Assembly: GCA_943787795.1 (NCBI GenBank)
Contig: CALSNU010000005.1
Span: forward strand, 214,032 to 278,031
Length of the DNA: 64,000 nucleotides
Direction of reading: 5' to 3'
Source: an uncultured bacterium
GTDB lineage: Bacteria > Planctomycetota > UBA1135 > GCA-002686595
In this document: in pieces, positions 1 through 9,202 of the stretch
Layout of the letters: every line of letters begins with the position of its first letter
Numbering within the stretch: the stretch's first letter is position 1
Program-made: the position numbers and the translations under genes
The notes under the pieces: generated by a model
Database searches by the model: none
Seen by the model: only the letters and a program-made list of their open reading frames with translations
Told to the model about the DNA's origin: nothing

Positions 1-1377
1 GCTGACCTCAAGGTCACCCTCGAGCTGCTCGCAGCGACCTCTGGATTCTTCGAGCTCGCCATGGAGCGCGTCGCCGCGCTCCTCGGCGAGCGTGAGCTCT
101 GCCTCGAGCCTCTCGGCCTGGCGGCCAGCCTCTTCAAGCTCCTGCCCCAGCTCATCGCAGCGGTCCTTCGACTCGGTCAGCTGCTGGCCGAGCTCTTCGG
201 CGCGGGCGACGTGCTCTGCAGCGGCCGCAGCCATCGCCTCCTCGACCTCGGCGTGCGCGGTCCGTGCCTCGGCCAGCTGTCCGTCAAGCTGCTCGCTGCG
301 CTGCTCGGCCGACTGCAGGTTCGACTCGAGCTCGGCAGCCTTGGCCTGATGCTCCTCGTCGCTGGCTCCCATGGACGCCTCGAGGCGTGTGCAGGCCTCC
401 TGGGAGGCGGCCAGCTGATCGGCGAGGGCGTCGCTGCGCTCGTCAGACTGCTGGGCGGCGGTCTCGAGCGCCTCGACCTGGGCCTCGAGCGTGACACGAG
501 CCTCGCGGGCGAATTCCTCCTGGGCGGAGAGGGCCTCGGTCTGCTCTTCGAGGGACGTTGCCAGCTGGTCGCCCTGCTGGACGGCCGCCTCGAGCTCCGC
601 GAGGGCGGTCTCGGCGTCGGTCCGGGCCCCCTCGAGCTCCTTCTGCGCCTCATCGCGGTCGGTCCGAAGCTCGTCGTTCTGGTCCTGGAGGCCGGCGGCC
701 TCGGCCTGGAGGGTCGCGACGCGCTCGTCCGCTGCCTCGAGGTTCGCGGTGGACGAGGTCAACGCCTCACGGACCTCTTCCAGCTGCTGCTCGGCGCCGG
801 AGAGCTCATCCCGGAGCCTGCGGGCCTCGTCCTGGGTCGCGTCGAGGCGGTTGGAGGTCTCCCCGAGTTGACCCTCGAGCGGGCGCAGGGACTCGATGCG
901 CGCGGTCAACTCGTCGATCACGGTGGTCTGACGCTCGAGCTCGACCTCCTTCTCGCGGGTGGCCTCGTGGATTCGTCCGCGCCATGCGGCCACATCGTCC
1001 TGGAACTGGGCCACCTCCCGGGGCCCCGTCTCCTCGACGGGGAACTCCGGAGACTCCACGGGCGCCTTCTCGGCGAACTTGGTCGAGATCCCCTCGTGGG
1101 CATCGAGGGCCTTCTGGAGGCGCCTCATCTGCCGTGTCTGCTCGCTCAGGCGGGTGCGGAGGGCGGTCTCCGACCGATCGAACTCGCTAATCACCCGCTG
1201 CACGCGGTCCTCCATCTGCACGTATACCTCGTAGCGTTCGCGCACCTGGCGGGTCATCTCTTTGGCCAGGGAGGCGCGTTCACGGCGGTTTCGGTGCTCG
1301 GCGACGGCAAAGGCGAGGAGGGCTCCGGCGACGGCTGAGCCGAGGCTCACAAGCATGGCGATGGCGGGGATGGACAT
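1..1377 (-). CDS. Membrane-anchored long coiled-coil protein (partial, runs off the left edge)
   Basis: Not in the ORF track. Minus-strand translation from ATG at 1377 gives MSIPAIAMLVSLGSAVAGALLAFAVAEHRNRRERASLAKEMTRQ..., a hydrophobic anchor followed by E/A/L/Q/R-rich helical sequence with no stop before position 1. The L/G-rich + ORF 61..1338 is its antisense shadow. Confidence 0.75.
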   Translation of the reverse strand, partial: MSIPAIAMLVSLGSAVAGALLAFAVAEHRNRRERASLAKEMTRQVRERYEVYVQMEDRVQRVISEFDRSETALRTRLSEQTRQMRRLQKALDAHEGISTKFAEKAPVESPEFPVEETGPREVAQFQDDVAAWRGRIHEATREKEVELERQTTVIDELTARIESLRPLEGQLGETSNRLDATQDEARRLRDELSGAEQQLEEVREALTSSTANLEAADERVATLQAEAAGLQDQNDELRTDRDEAQKELEGARTDAETALAELEAAVQQGDQLATSLEEQTEALSAQEEFAREARVTLEAQVEALETAAQQSDERSDALADQLAASQEACTRLEASMGASDEEHQAKAAELESNLQSAEQRSEQLDGQLAEARTAHAEVEEAMAAAAAEHVARAEELGQQLTESKDRCDELGQELEEAGRQAERLEAELTLAEERGDALHGELEESRGRCEQLEGDLEVS

Positions 1378-1895
1378 GGTCTCGATGTCGGAATCCACCG
1401 CCAGGCATCCGAAGACCGCCGTTCGAATCCACGCCAGGGGTTCCCAGGCGTCCCTGGACGAGACATTTCTCGGGGCTGCCCGATGCTCGACTGAGATCAA
1501 GGATCCATGCATCGCTTCGGGATCGCGCGGCGACTGCTTTCATGAGGAAGGAAGAGATCCAGGGGGCGCCACGGTCGGCGCCTGGTGCCCCCCGAGCGGG
1601 CGCTGCTCCTGCGGCCCTGCCCGATCCCTCCGAGCCCCCTCCCGAAGCCTCCGCAATGGTCGATCTCAGCCCCGAGACTACATCCTCATCGCACGAGGGA
1701 ATGGCCGTGGGCCGCCCTGCGGCGGGCGCTGCGGCGGGCGCTGCGGCGGGCGCTGCGGCACCGCGACGCGCCCCTGCGGCCACTCCGGGGGAGGCAGATT
1801 CGGGGACCGATTCCCCGATCATGACCGAGTCTGGTGTCAGCGACGCTATGCTCGGCGCGACCGTTGACCGTACCGAGTGCGGCGACGCGTTCTTC

Positions 1896-2471
1896 ATGAA
1901 CCCCAGATCCGTTCAGGAAACATCCCTGCTCGCCAGGGTCGCCGATGGCGACCCCTCGGCCATTCGGGATGTCCTCTCTCGCTACTCAGCGCTCGTCTGG
2001 TCGCTGTCTTCGAGCCTCTCGAAGGACCCGCACGAGGTCGAGGATGTGGTTCAGGACATCTTCGTGGACGTTTGGCGCAGCGCCGCTCGCTACGACCCGG
2101 CCGTCGCCTCGGAGGCGACCTTCATCGCGACGATCGCGAGACGCAGGGTCATCGACCGTCGTCGCCGTGCCGGTCGGCGCGTGGACCCCGAGCCCCTCGA
2201 TGAGGAGCTGGCGCCCGGCGCAGAGGACGAGGGCCTCCGGCAGGTGGACCTCGATGATGAGGCGCTCCAGGCGAGAGAGGCCGTGGCACAGCTCTCGGGC
2301 GACCGTCGCAGGGTTCTGGAGATGTCCGTGGTCGAGGGCCTCACCCATCGCGAGATCGCGGCGGACACCGGGATCCCGCTCGGGACCGTGAAGAGCCACA
2401 TCCGGCGGGGCCTCGCCGAGGTCTCCGAGAAACTGAAGGCGCGTCGCAGCGCGACGGAGGACCGAGCATGA
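1896..2471 (+). CDS. ECF RNA polymerase sigma factor, SigK-like
   Basis: Region 2 (EVEDVVQDIFVDVWRSAARYDP...IARRRVID) and region 4 (GLTHREIAADTGIPLGTVKSHIRRGL). Stop overlaps the anti-sigma start (ATGA). Start placed at MNPRS; the track ORF begins at 1542. Confidence 0.9.
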   Translation: MNPRSVQETSLLARVADGDPSAIRDVLSRYSALVWSLSSSLSKDPHEVEDVVQDIFVDVWRSAARYDPAVASEATFIATIARRRVIDRRRRAGRRVDPEPLDEELAPGAEDEGLRQVDLDDEALQAREAVAQLSGDRRRVLEMSVVEGLTHREIAADTGIPLGTVKSHIRRGLAEVSEKLKARRSATEDRA

Positions 2472-3403
2472 AGGTCGGACCTGGAATGCCTTCCCATGAC
2501 GGGGAGAGCCGCGAGGAGCTCGCGGCCATCGCCGCTCTCGAGGGGCTCGGCGTCCTCTCGGACAGTCAGCGGGCCCTCGTGGACGAGGATCGAGTCCGAG
2601 AGCTCGAGCACGCCGCGGGCGCGATCTTCACCGCTCTCTCCCGCTCGCAGGCGGAGCAGGCCCCGGCCCAGATTGTGGATCGGCTTGAGGGTCTGCTCTC
2701 AACCCAGGCCGCCGCGGACGCCCAGGATGCCCGCCTTCGCGGCCACTCCCATCTGCACGACACCCTGCGGGGTGTGACACAGCGAGCCCCTCACGAGCCG
2801 TCGTTCCCCCCTTCGCAACGAGACGCCGGGACGGGGCCCGAGCTCGACTCGGACGAGCGGAAGGGTGGGTCAAGCGACCTCGCTGCTCCCGCTGCCTCGG
2901 CGCCTTCAGGGCCCCGATTCCGCCTGGTGGGTGGCTGGCTGGCCGCCGCGGCGCTCCTGGTCGCGACGATTGCGGCCTACGGCCGTATCGCCTCGCTCGA
3001 GGCGACCTACGGCGCGGGGTCAGCCGAGGCCCGGCGCAGCGAGATGATCGCCACGGCCGCAGACGTCGAGGTGTTGCCCTGGGCCACTGAGGGCGTCTCT
3101 GGAGACGTGACGTGGAGCGACGCGCGCAACGCGGGCTTCATGAGGATCGAAGGGCTCGTCCAGAATGACCCCTCGGTCTCCCAGTATCAGCTCTGGATCT
3201 TCCGGGGCCTGGACCCCGCGACGGAGGCTCACCCCGTCAGCGGCGGCGTCTTCGACGTGGCGGGCGACGGCGAGGTGATCATTCCCATTGACGCCCAGCT
3301 CGAGCTCGGGCGCGCGGGACTCTTCGCCGTGACGGTCGAGGAGCCGGGCGGCGTGATGGTGTCGGAGCGCGAACAGATCGTGCTCGTCGCCAGCCGCGCC
3401 TGA
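2468..3403 (+). CDS. Anti-sigma factor, RskA family (single TM, C-terminal RskA domain)
   Basis: TM GWLAAAALLVATIAAY; RskA-type motifs QYQLWI, PVSGGVF and FAVTVEEPGG; translationally coupled to the sigma. Confidence 0.85.
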   Translation: MKVGPGMPSHDGESREELAAIAALEGLGVLSDSQRALVDEDRVRELEHAAGAIFTALSRSQAEQAPAQIVDRLEGLLSTQAAADAQDARLRGHSHLHDTLRGVTQRAPHEPSFPPSQRDAGTGPELDSDERKGGSSDLAAPAASAPSGPRFRLVGGWLAAAALLVATIAAYGRIASLEATYGAGSAEARRSEMIATAADVEVLPWATEGVSGDVTWSDARNAGFMRIEGLVQNDPSVSQYQLWIFRGLDPATEAHPVSGGVFDVAGDGEVIIPIDAQLELGRAGLFAVTVEEPGGVMVSEREQIVLVASRA

Positions 3404-3851
3404 GCCCTGGCCGCGGACTCCGGGCCGGCGCCAAGCCGACACCGAGTCGACGCGAGGGCCCGTTTGCAGGGAGGCGTTCTCCGCCCCGACGCCGAGGCCC
3501 AGGCTCGGCGGCCCGGCGCCGAAGCCCGTCTCCGGAGCCCGGCGCCGAAGCCCCGCGCGGAGCAGAGCGGCCTCTTCAAACGGGCGAGGTCGCTCCGGCG
3601 TGAGCGTCGCTTGCCCCGCGTGGCGGCCATCTCCGTGACGCCGCGCGGAGAGCGCATGGAGGCGCTCCGCGATCGGACGCCTGAGAGACCTCAGGGCTTC
3701 CGGTGGCTTGGGCCCGAGTCCGGGCCCTGATGGGAGCAGGCGGCGTGACCGACGGACGCTGCCGCGCGCGGTGGGGGCGGCAGGTCCTCCGTGCCCTTGC
3801 GCCCACGAGCGCCACCGGAGAGGTGGCGCGCTCGATCGCAGGGGCCGGCGC

Positions 3852-4892
3852 TCAGCTGAGGCCGACCAGCATGCGTGCGGACTGGACACCGTTGATGAGG
3901 TCCGTCGCGAACCCGTCGGCCCCGAGCTTCTTGGCGTCCTCCTCGCTCCGCAGCGCGGCGCCGCCCACAAGGACCGGGATCGTGCTGTCCCTCGAACCCA
4001 GATAGCTCGTCAGCGCATAGCGCTGGGCCACGAGCGTCGCCGACACGGCGATCACGTCGCACTCGTAGGCCGCGGCGGTCGCGTCGATCTCGTCGGCGGG
4101 GGTGTCGGCCCCGGCCAGCGCGACGCGCCATCCGTCCTGCTCGAGGAGCAGCGCGAAGGCCACCAGTCCGGTGTCGTGGGCATCGCCGGGGACGGCGGCG
4201 ACCAGGACGGCCTTGCCGTTGCGCGTGGTCGCCGGGAGCGCGGCGGTGAGTCCGTGGAGGGCGCTGCGTAGCGTGGCGGTGATCACGTGCTCGGCGGCGA
4301 CGCCCATCTCACCCACGTGCCAGCGACGACCGGCCTCTCGGGCTGCGGGCAGGAGGATGTCGACCACGGCTTCGTTCAGGCTGAAGGTGCCCGCTCGGAC
4401 GCCTTCCAGCAGATAGTTCCGAGCGCTCGCCAGATCGCCGACGAGCGCGAGGTCGAACAGCTCCAGGGCTCGAGAGCCCTGCTGGAGGCCGGTGGACTGG
4501 GCGGCCGGCTCCTCCAGGGCCTTCGCAGCAGCGTCGAAGAACCGGTCGATGGAGGTGTCGTTCGTCCCTGGGAGCTGGGCCGTCAGCGTCTCCCGCATGC
4601 TCTCGAGCGCGACGAGGACGTCACCGGCCTCGACGTCGCGGGAGGTGATGACCGCTCGGAACCAGACCATGTCGTCAGCGAAGAGCTTGGGGTCATCGGC
4701 CTCGAGGGCAGACGCGAGCGCCTCCAGCCGTGCGGAGAGCGCCTTGCGCCAGGAGTCAAACCCCGACTCGCCGTACCGCGTGTCCGAGGCCTCGACCTTC
4801 TCGAACAGGCGGGCCGTGGAGAGGCCGGCCAACCCGCGACTGGTGGTGCGGATGAGCTCTGCGGTGAATTCAGCGGCTCGAGTCATGGTCAT
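3852..4892 (-). CDS. Cobalamin (B12)-binding protein, CarH-type sensory module with an N-terminal helical (possibly globin-like) domain and no HTH
   Basis: W-x9-EH (WHVGEMGVAAEH) in the four-helix cap and DxHxxG (DAHDTG) in the Rossmann domain, ending VLVGGAA...GADG. Confidence 0.85.
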   Translation of the reverse strand: MTMTRAAEFTAELIRTTSRGLAGLSTARLFEKVEASDTRYGESGFDSWRKALSARLEALASALEADDPKLFADDMVWFRAVITSRDVEAGDVLVALESMRETLTAQLPGTNDTSIDRFFDAAAKALEEPAAQSTGLQQGSRALELFDLALVGDLASARNYLLEGVRAGTFSLNEAVVDILLPAAREAGRRWHVGEMGVAAEHVITATLRSALHGLTAALPATTRNGKAVLVAAVPGDAHDTGLVAFALLLEQDGWRVALAGADTPADEIDATAAAYECDVIAVSATLVAQRYALTSYLGSRDSTIPVLVGGAALRSEEDAKKLGADGFATDLINGVQSARMLVGLS

Positions 4893-5577
4893 TCATCCCG
4901 GTGACGGTGGGAGATTCCCTGCGGTCAAGCCGCGGGGCCGTGTCCTGTGGCCTCTGTCGGGAACCCGCGCTCGCCTCTCGGAGCAGGCTCCGGGCGGCAA
5001 GCATGAGGCAGGGCACGACCACAGCGTATTCGATGGAGAGCGCCAGGTATCCCATCCAGCCGCCGGGAACTGACGTGGCGCCGATCCTCGTGCCGGACCA
5101 GAAGGAGAAGGGGCCTCCAATAGCGCTGAGCAGGATCGCCAGGAGGTGCCGCCGGTTCAGCCAGGAGAGGGAGGAGTTGAGCAGGGAGCCGAACGCAACC
5201 CAGAGCGTGACGATCCAGGCGGGGGCCAGGAGCAGCCCACCAGCTGCCCCGCCGTCAGGAGCTCCGCCCGCGGCAGGTACCGGGAAGGCGATCCACCCTG
5301 AGGTTCGCAGGGCGGTGTCGAGGGCCAGTCCCAGCAGCCCGGCGAGGGCCCAGAGGCGCAGCTCGGCGCCCCGGTACGGTGTGAAACGGAGGTTGATCGG
5401 GAGCAAGAACGCGGCCGCCACCGGTCCGACCCACGGGACCCCTTCCGCAGCGCCGTAGACGCAGATGAACCACACCACCTGGAAGACCGCGAAGTTGACG
5501 AGCTTCCCCGCCGTGCTCGGCGCCCAGGCTGAGGCAGCAGGCGCGGACGGGCCAGGGGGTGTGTCGTGATCGGTCAA
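4870..5577 (-). CDS. DUF2878 family membrane protein
   Basis: NFAVFQVVWFICV, PAWIVTLWVAFGSLLNSSLSWL, GGPFSFWSG. TTG start at 5577 overlaps the cfa stop (TTGA). A usual neighbour of cfa/DUF1365 clusters. Confidence 0.75.
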   Translation of the reverse strand: MTDHDTPPGPSAPAASAWAPSTAGKLVNFAVFQVVWFICVYGAAEGVPWVGPVAAAFLLPINLRFTPYRGAELRLWALAGLLGLALDTALRTSGWIAFPVPAAGGAPDGGAAGGLLLAPAWIVTLWVAFGSLLNSSLSWLNRRHLLAILLSAIGGPFSFWSGTRIGATSVPGGWMGYLALSIEYAVVVPCLMLAARSLLREASAGSRQRPQDTAPRLDRRESPTVTGMNDHDSSR

Positions 5578-6959
5578 CCGAGCGGAGCGAGCGTCGCCGC
5601 CACGGGGGGAGAGAAGGAGCGGCCTGCTCTGGCGTAGACGAGGTGAGCCACCGAGATATGGCGTTCGGCAAACCCGCCTTCGCAGTAGCAAAAGTAGAAG
5701 TCGAAGAGCCGCAGGAAGTCCTCGTCGAACCCCATGGCGAGCGCCTCTTCCCGGCGCCCACGGAGCGCATCGCGCCAGGTGCGGAGCGTGGGCACGTAGT
5801 GGGTCCCGATGTCCTCCATGTGCACCGGGCGGAGGTCGCTGGAGCGAGACGCGGCCTGGGAGAGCGCGGTCACCGACGGGATACAGCTGCCGGGGAAGAT
5901 GTGGCGCTGGATGAAGTCCACCGCCTTGCGGGCGCGCTCGAAGTGAGCGTCGTGAATCGTGATGGCCTGCATGGCGAGCGCTCCGCCGGGCTCGAGGAGG
6001 CGCGCACAGGTCTCGAAGAAGGTCCCGTAGTGGCGGGCGCCCACGGCCTCGATCATCTCCACGGAGACGATCTTGGAGTATTGCCCTTTGAGGTCTCGGT
6101 AGTCTTTCAGGAGCACCTCGACCTGGTCCTCGAGGCCAGCCGCGGAGATGCGCTCCACGGCGAACGCGTGCTGTTCCTTTGAGATCGTGGTGGTGGTGAC
6201 CTGGCAGCCGAACTTGAGGGCGGCGCGCCGCGCGAAGCCGCCCCAGCCGGTGCCGATCTCCAGCAGGTGGTCGCTCGGTCCGAGGTTCAACCGCTCGCAG
6301 AGGCGGTCAATCTTCGCGATCTGCGCGTCCTCGAGCGAGGCGTCCGCCCGCTCGTAGTAGGCCGACGAGTAGGTCATCGTCGGGTCGAGGAACAGCTGGA
6401 AGAAGTCGTTGGAGAGGTCGTAGTGCGCGGAGATGTTCTTCCGCGACCCTGAGCGACTGTTGTCGCGGAGCCAGTGGAAGGCCTTGAGCATGGGGAGAGA
6501 GAGCCGGGCGAGGCCCTTCTCCATTCCCTCGAGCGCGGTGTGGTTCGCCACCAGGACCCGCACGACGTCCGATGGCTCGGGAGAGGTCCACCAGCCGTAC
6601 GCGTAAGCCTCGCCGGCGCCGACGCTGCCCCGGAGGGCGAGGGCGCTCCAGAAGCGCTCATCGTGGACGATGACGACCCCGTGGGCATCGGAGCCGGCTC
6701 GCCTCATGCTCCCGCCAGGGGAGACCACGACGTCGGCGGCGTCGGGCAGGGGCGGCCTCCCGAAGACCTCGGAGCTGGAGGGGGTCTCAACCGTGAGCGA
6801 CCCGTCGGCGATCCGCTTCAGCCGCGAGCGAACGGCGCGTTCGAGCAGAGAGGAACGCTCCGTGGGCGTGGGCCTGTTGGGGCCAGGCGCGGCCCCAGGG
6901 GGCTGCGTCTTCTGGTGCTCCGGGACGGGAGGCATCGTCTTCGAGTCAGTGAGGGTCAT
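5574..6959 (-). CDS. cfa: Cyclopropane-fatty-acyl-phospholipid synthase family SAM methyltransferase (UfaM-like)
   Basis: NISAHYDLSNDFF, MTYSSA, LLEIGTGWG, SVEMIEAVG, FIQRHIFPG, YFCYCEGGF. Confidence 0.9.
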   Translation of the reverse strand: MTLTDSKTMPPVPEHQKTQPPGAAPGPNRPTPTERSSLLERAVRSRLKRIADGSLTVETPSSSEVFGRPPLPDAADVVVSPGGSMRRAGSDAHGVVIVHDERFWSALALRGSVGAGEAYAYGWWTSPEPSDVVRVLVANHTALEGMEKGLARLSLPMLKAFHWLRDNSRSGSRKNISAHYDLSNDFFQLFLDPTMTYSSAYYERADASLEDAQIAKIDRLCERLNLGPSDHLLEIGTGWGGFARRAALKFGCQVTTTTISKEQHAFAVERISAAGLEDQVEVLLKDYRDLKGQYSKIVSVEMIEAVGARHYGTFFETCARLLEPGGALAMQAITIHDAHFERARKAVDFIQRHIFPGSCIPSVTALSQAASRSSDLRPVHMEDIGTHYVPTLRTWRDALRGRREEALAMGFDEDFLRLFDFYFCYCEGGFAERHISVAHLVYARAGRSFSPPVAATLAPLG

Positions 6960-6992
6960 GGTGCGGACGGGGCCGCGCGCGGGGCGCGGTGC

Positions 6993-7793
6993 TCAGACGC
7001 TCTTCGGGTGAGAGAAGAACGGCGTGCGCTTGGTCCAAAGCCGGAGCGCCTGCCAGTAGATGGCCAGGAGGATCTTAGCGCTCATCCAGGGGTGCCGGAG
7101 CAGGCTCTTGCGTAGCTGTGGCGGTGTGAGGGGGCGCCGCTCCAGTTCGAACGCCACATCAAACACGCGCTCGTCATCGGGGCCGGTTCGGTTCTCCATG
7201 GCCACCCTCAGCGGGGATCCTGGCTGGGCGCCAGGGGCTGTGAAGCGCCATTGATAGCGGTGATCCATGTCGAAGAAGGGTGAGACGTGGAAGTCCTTCT
7301 CGAACCTCCACTCGAACCATTCGCCGTCACGCTCGGCCTCGGATGCGAGCAGGACGTACTGATGACGCTCGTTCCACGGGGTGTTGGTGATCTCCGCGAC
7401 GATCGAGTGGAGGGTCTCGCCGTCGGCCTCGAAGAGGTAGTAGAAGGAGACCGGATTGAAGCAATACCCCAGGAGGGCGATCTGGGTGAGGAGCCGGATC
7501 GGGCCCTCGGGGGGGAGCTCGCCGGTCTCCCGGCGGACCCTCTCCCTGACGGCCTCGCGCAGCGGGCGGTCCGTTGGGCCGAGGAAATCACGTCGCCGGA
7601 AGGACCCCAGGTTGGGCCGCTCCACGCTCCAAAGCCAGGCTCCACGGAAGGCGTCATCGAGCTCCTCGAGGTCGAGCAGGAGCTCGAACACGCGGTAGGA
7701 GAACCGGTGGGGTCGAGGCTGGTGCCGTGCGTGGACCACGCGGCCCTCGTAGACGGCCGATGCACGCGCCGATGAGACCGGGGGGGCGCTCAT
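6993..7793 (-). CDS. DUF1365 family protein (UfaO-like)
   Basis: YEGRVVHARHQPRPHRFSY, GYCFNPVSFYY, EITNTPWNERHQY, KDFHVSPF, IYWQALRLW. Confidence 0.9.
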   Translation of the reverse strand: MSAPPVSSARASAVYEGRVVHARHQPRPHRFSYRVFELLLDLEELDDAFRGAWLWSVERPNLGSFRRRDFLGPTDRPLREAVRERVRRETGELPPEGPIRLLTQIALLGYCFNPVSFYYLFEADGETLHSIVAEITNTPWNERHQYVLLASEAERDGEWFEWRFEKDFHVSPFFDMDHRYQWRFTAPGAQPGSPLRVAMENRTGPDDERVFDVAFELERRPLTPPQLRKSLLRHPWMSAKILLAIYWQALRLWTKRTPFFSHPKSV

Positions 7794-9142
7794 CGGAAGG
7801 CGCCGGCGGTCTCCGGCGGACGGGCCGCCGAGGTCTCCTGGAGCCCGGGTCGGAGCTCCTCGGGTCTGGCCGGGAAGCCGGGCTCCACGCCGATCGCCTC
7901 GAGGACGCGTCGCGCGCTCTGGACGCCGTCCTCATGGAAGCCGTAGTGCCAGTAGGCGCCGCAATAGTGAACGCCGCGGACCCCGTCGATCTCCGCGTGC
8001 CGCCCCTGCGCCCTGACCGAGGCGGCGTCGTAGACGGGGTGGGAGAAGACGGTCTCCCGCACCACCTTGGACGGGTCGATACGGTCCTTGCAGTTGAGCG
8101 TCACGAACAGATCGTCGGGCCCTTCGATCGACTGGAGCTCGTTCATCCAGTAGGTGACCCGGACAAGCTCCCCCTCCGTTGGTGCGTTCGCCGGGACGTG
8201 CGCGTTCCAGGCGGCCCAGGCCGCCTTGCGCTTGGGCATGAGCGAGGCATCCGTGTGGAGGATGACCGAGTTCGGCTGGAAGCGAATCGCTCCCAGCACG
8301 TCCTTCTCGACGTTCGTCGGCTCCTCGAGCATGCCGAGGGCCTGGTCTGCGTGACAGGCGAGCACCACGCGGTCGAAGCGCTCTGGCGCCTTGCCGGCCA
8401 CGGTCACCTCCACATCGCCGACGCCGCGTGCGCTGACACGCTCGACCGGGGAAGAGGTGCGGACTCGATCCCCGAGGGGCTGGAGGAGCTTGTGCGCGTA
8501 GGCGCGGCTGCCGCCGCGCACCGTGAGCCAGGGCGGACGGTCGTCGACCTGCAGGAACCCGTGGTTGGCGAAGAATCGGACGAGCGTCCGCGCGGGGAAT
8601 TCGAGGATCTCACCGGGCTTGCCGGACCAGACCGCGCACGCCATCGGGATCATGTGCCACTCGATAAAGGCCTTCGAGTAGCCGCCACGGCGCAGGAACT
8701 CGCCGAGGCTCGGACCAGGCTCACCCGCGGGCAGCTTGAGGAGCTCGGGGGCCTCCCTGTAGAAGCGCAAGATCCCGCGAATCATGCTCCAGAAGCGCGG
8801 CCTGAAGAGGTTGGTCCACTGGGCGAACAGGCTCGCCGTGCTGGTGCCGTTGTACTCGACGCCAGGCCCCTCCATCCGCGCGCTGAAGCTCATGTCGCTG
8901 GTGAGCCAGGGGACGTCGAGCTCGCGCAACAGCGAGCAGAACCCGGGGTAGGTTCGCTCGTTGAACACGATGAACCCAGTGTCCACCACGTAGTCGCGAC
9001 CGTTCACTCGCACCTCGCGCGTGGCCGTGTGCCCGCCGATCCGGTCCCGCGATTCCAGGACGCAGACGTCGTGCCCTGCGTCATGGAGACGCCGGGCCGT
9101 CACCATGCCGGCGACCCCGCTACCTACGACGGCGACCTTCAA
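7790..9142 (-). CDS. FAD-dependent oxidoreductase (UfaD-like, amine-oxidase superfamily)
   Basis: GSGVAG dinucleotide fold, GGHTAT, VDTGFIVFNERTYP, TYWMNELQ, GAYWHYGFHEDG. TTG start. Confidence 0.9.
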   Translation of the reverse strand: MKVAVVGSGVAGMVTARRLHDAGHDVCVLESRDRIGGHTATREVRVNGRDYVVDTGFIVFNERTYPGFCSLLRELDVPWLTSDMSFSARMEGPGVEYNGTSTASLFAQWTNLFRPRFWSMIRGILRFYREAPELLKLPAGEPGPSLGEFLRRGGYSKAFIEWHMIPMACAVWSGKPGEILEFPARTLVRFFANHGFLQVDDRPPWLTVRGGSRAYAHKLLQPLGDRVRTSSPVERVSARGVGDVEVTVAGKAPERFDRVVLACHADQALGMLEEPTNVEKDVLGAIRFQPNSVILHTDASLMPKRKAAWAAWNAHVPANAPTEGELVRVTYWMNELQSIEGPDDLFVTLNCKDRIDPSKVVRETVFSHPVYDAASVRAQGRHAEIDGVRGVHYCGAYWHYGFHEDGVQSARRVLEAIGVEPGFPARPEELRPGLQETSAARPPETAGAFR

Positions 9143-9202
9143 GGCTGGTGGCAGGGCAGCATCCCGGGGGACGGAGGGCGGGGCGGGCGGCGCCGGAGCG
9201 CC

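Noticed and set aside
61..1338. 425-aa Leu/Gly-rich + strand ORF
   Set aside because: Antisense shadow of the minus-strand coiled-coil gene.
1622..1646. CGATCC-N15-CGAA as an autoregulatory promoter for the sigma
   Set aside because: It mismatches the twin motif in both sequence and spacing and lies 250 nt upstream. Too weak to call.
1542..1895. Ala/Pro-rich in-frame N-terminal extension of the sigma factor
   Set aside because: Low complexity, includes a GCTGCGGCGGGC repeat, and sigma homology starts at about 1896. Probably an open frame by chance in GC-rich DNA.
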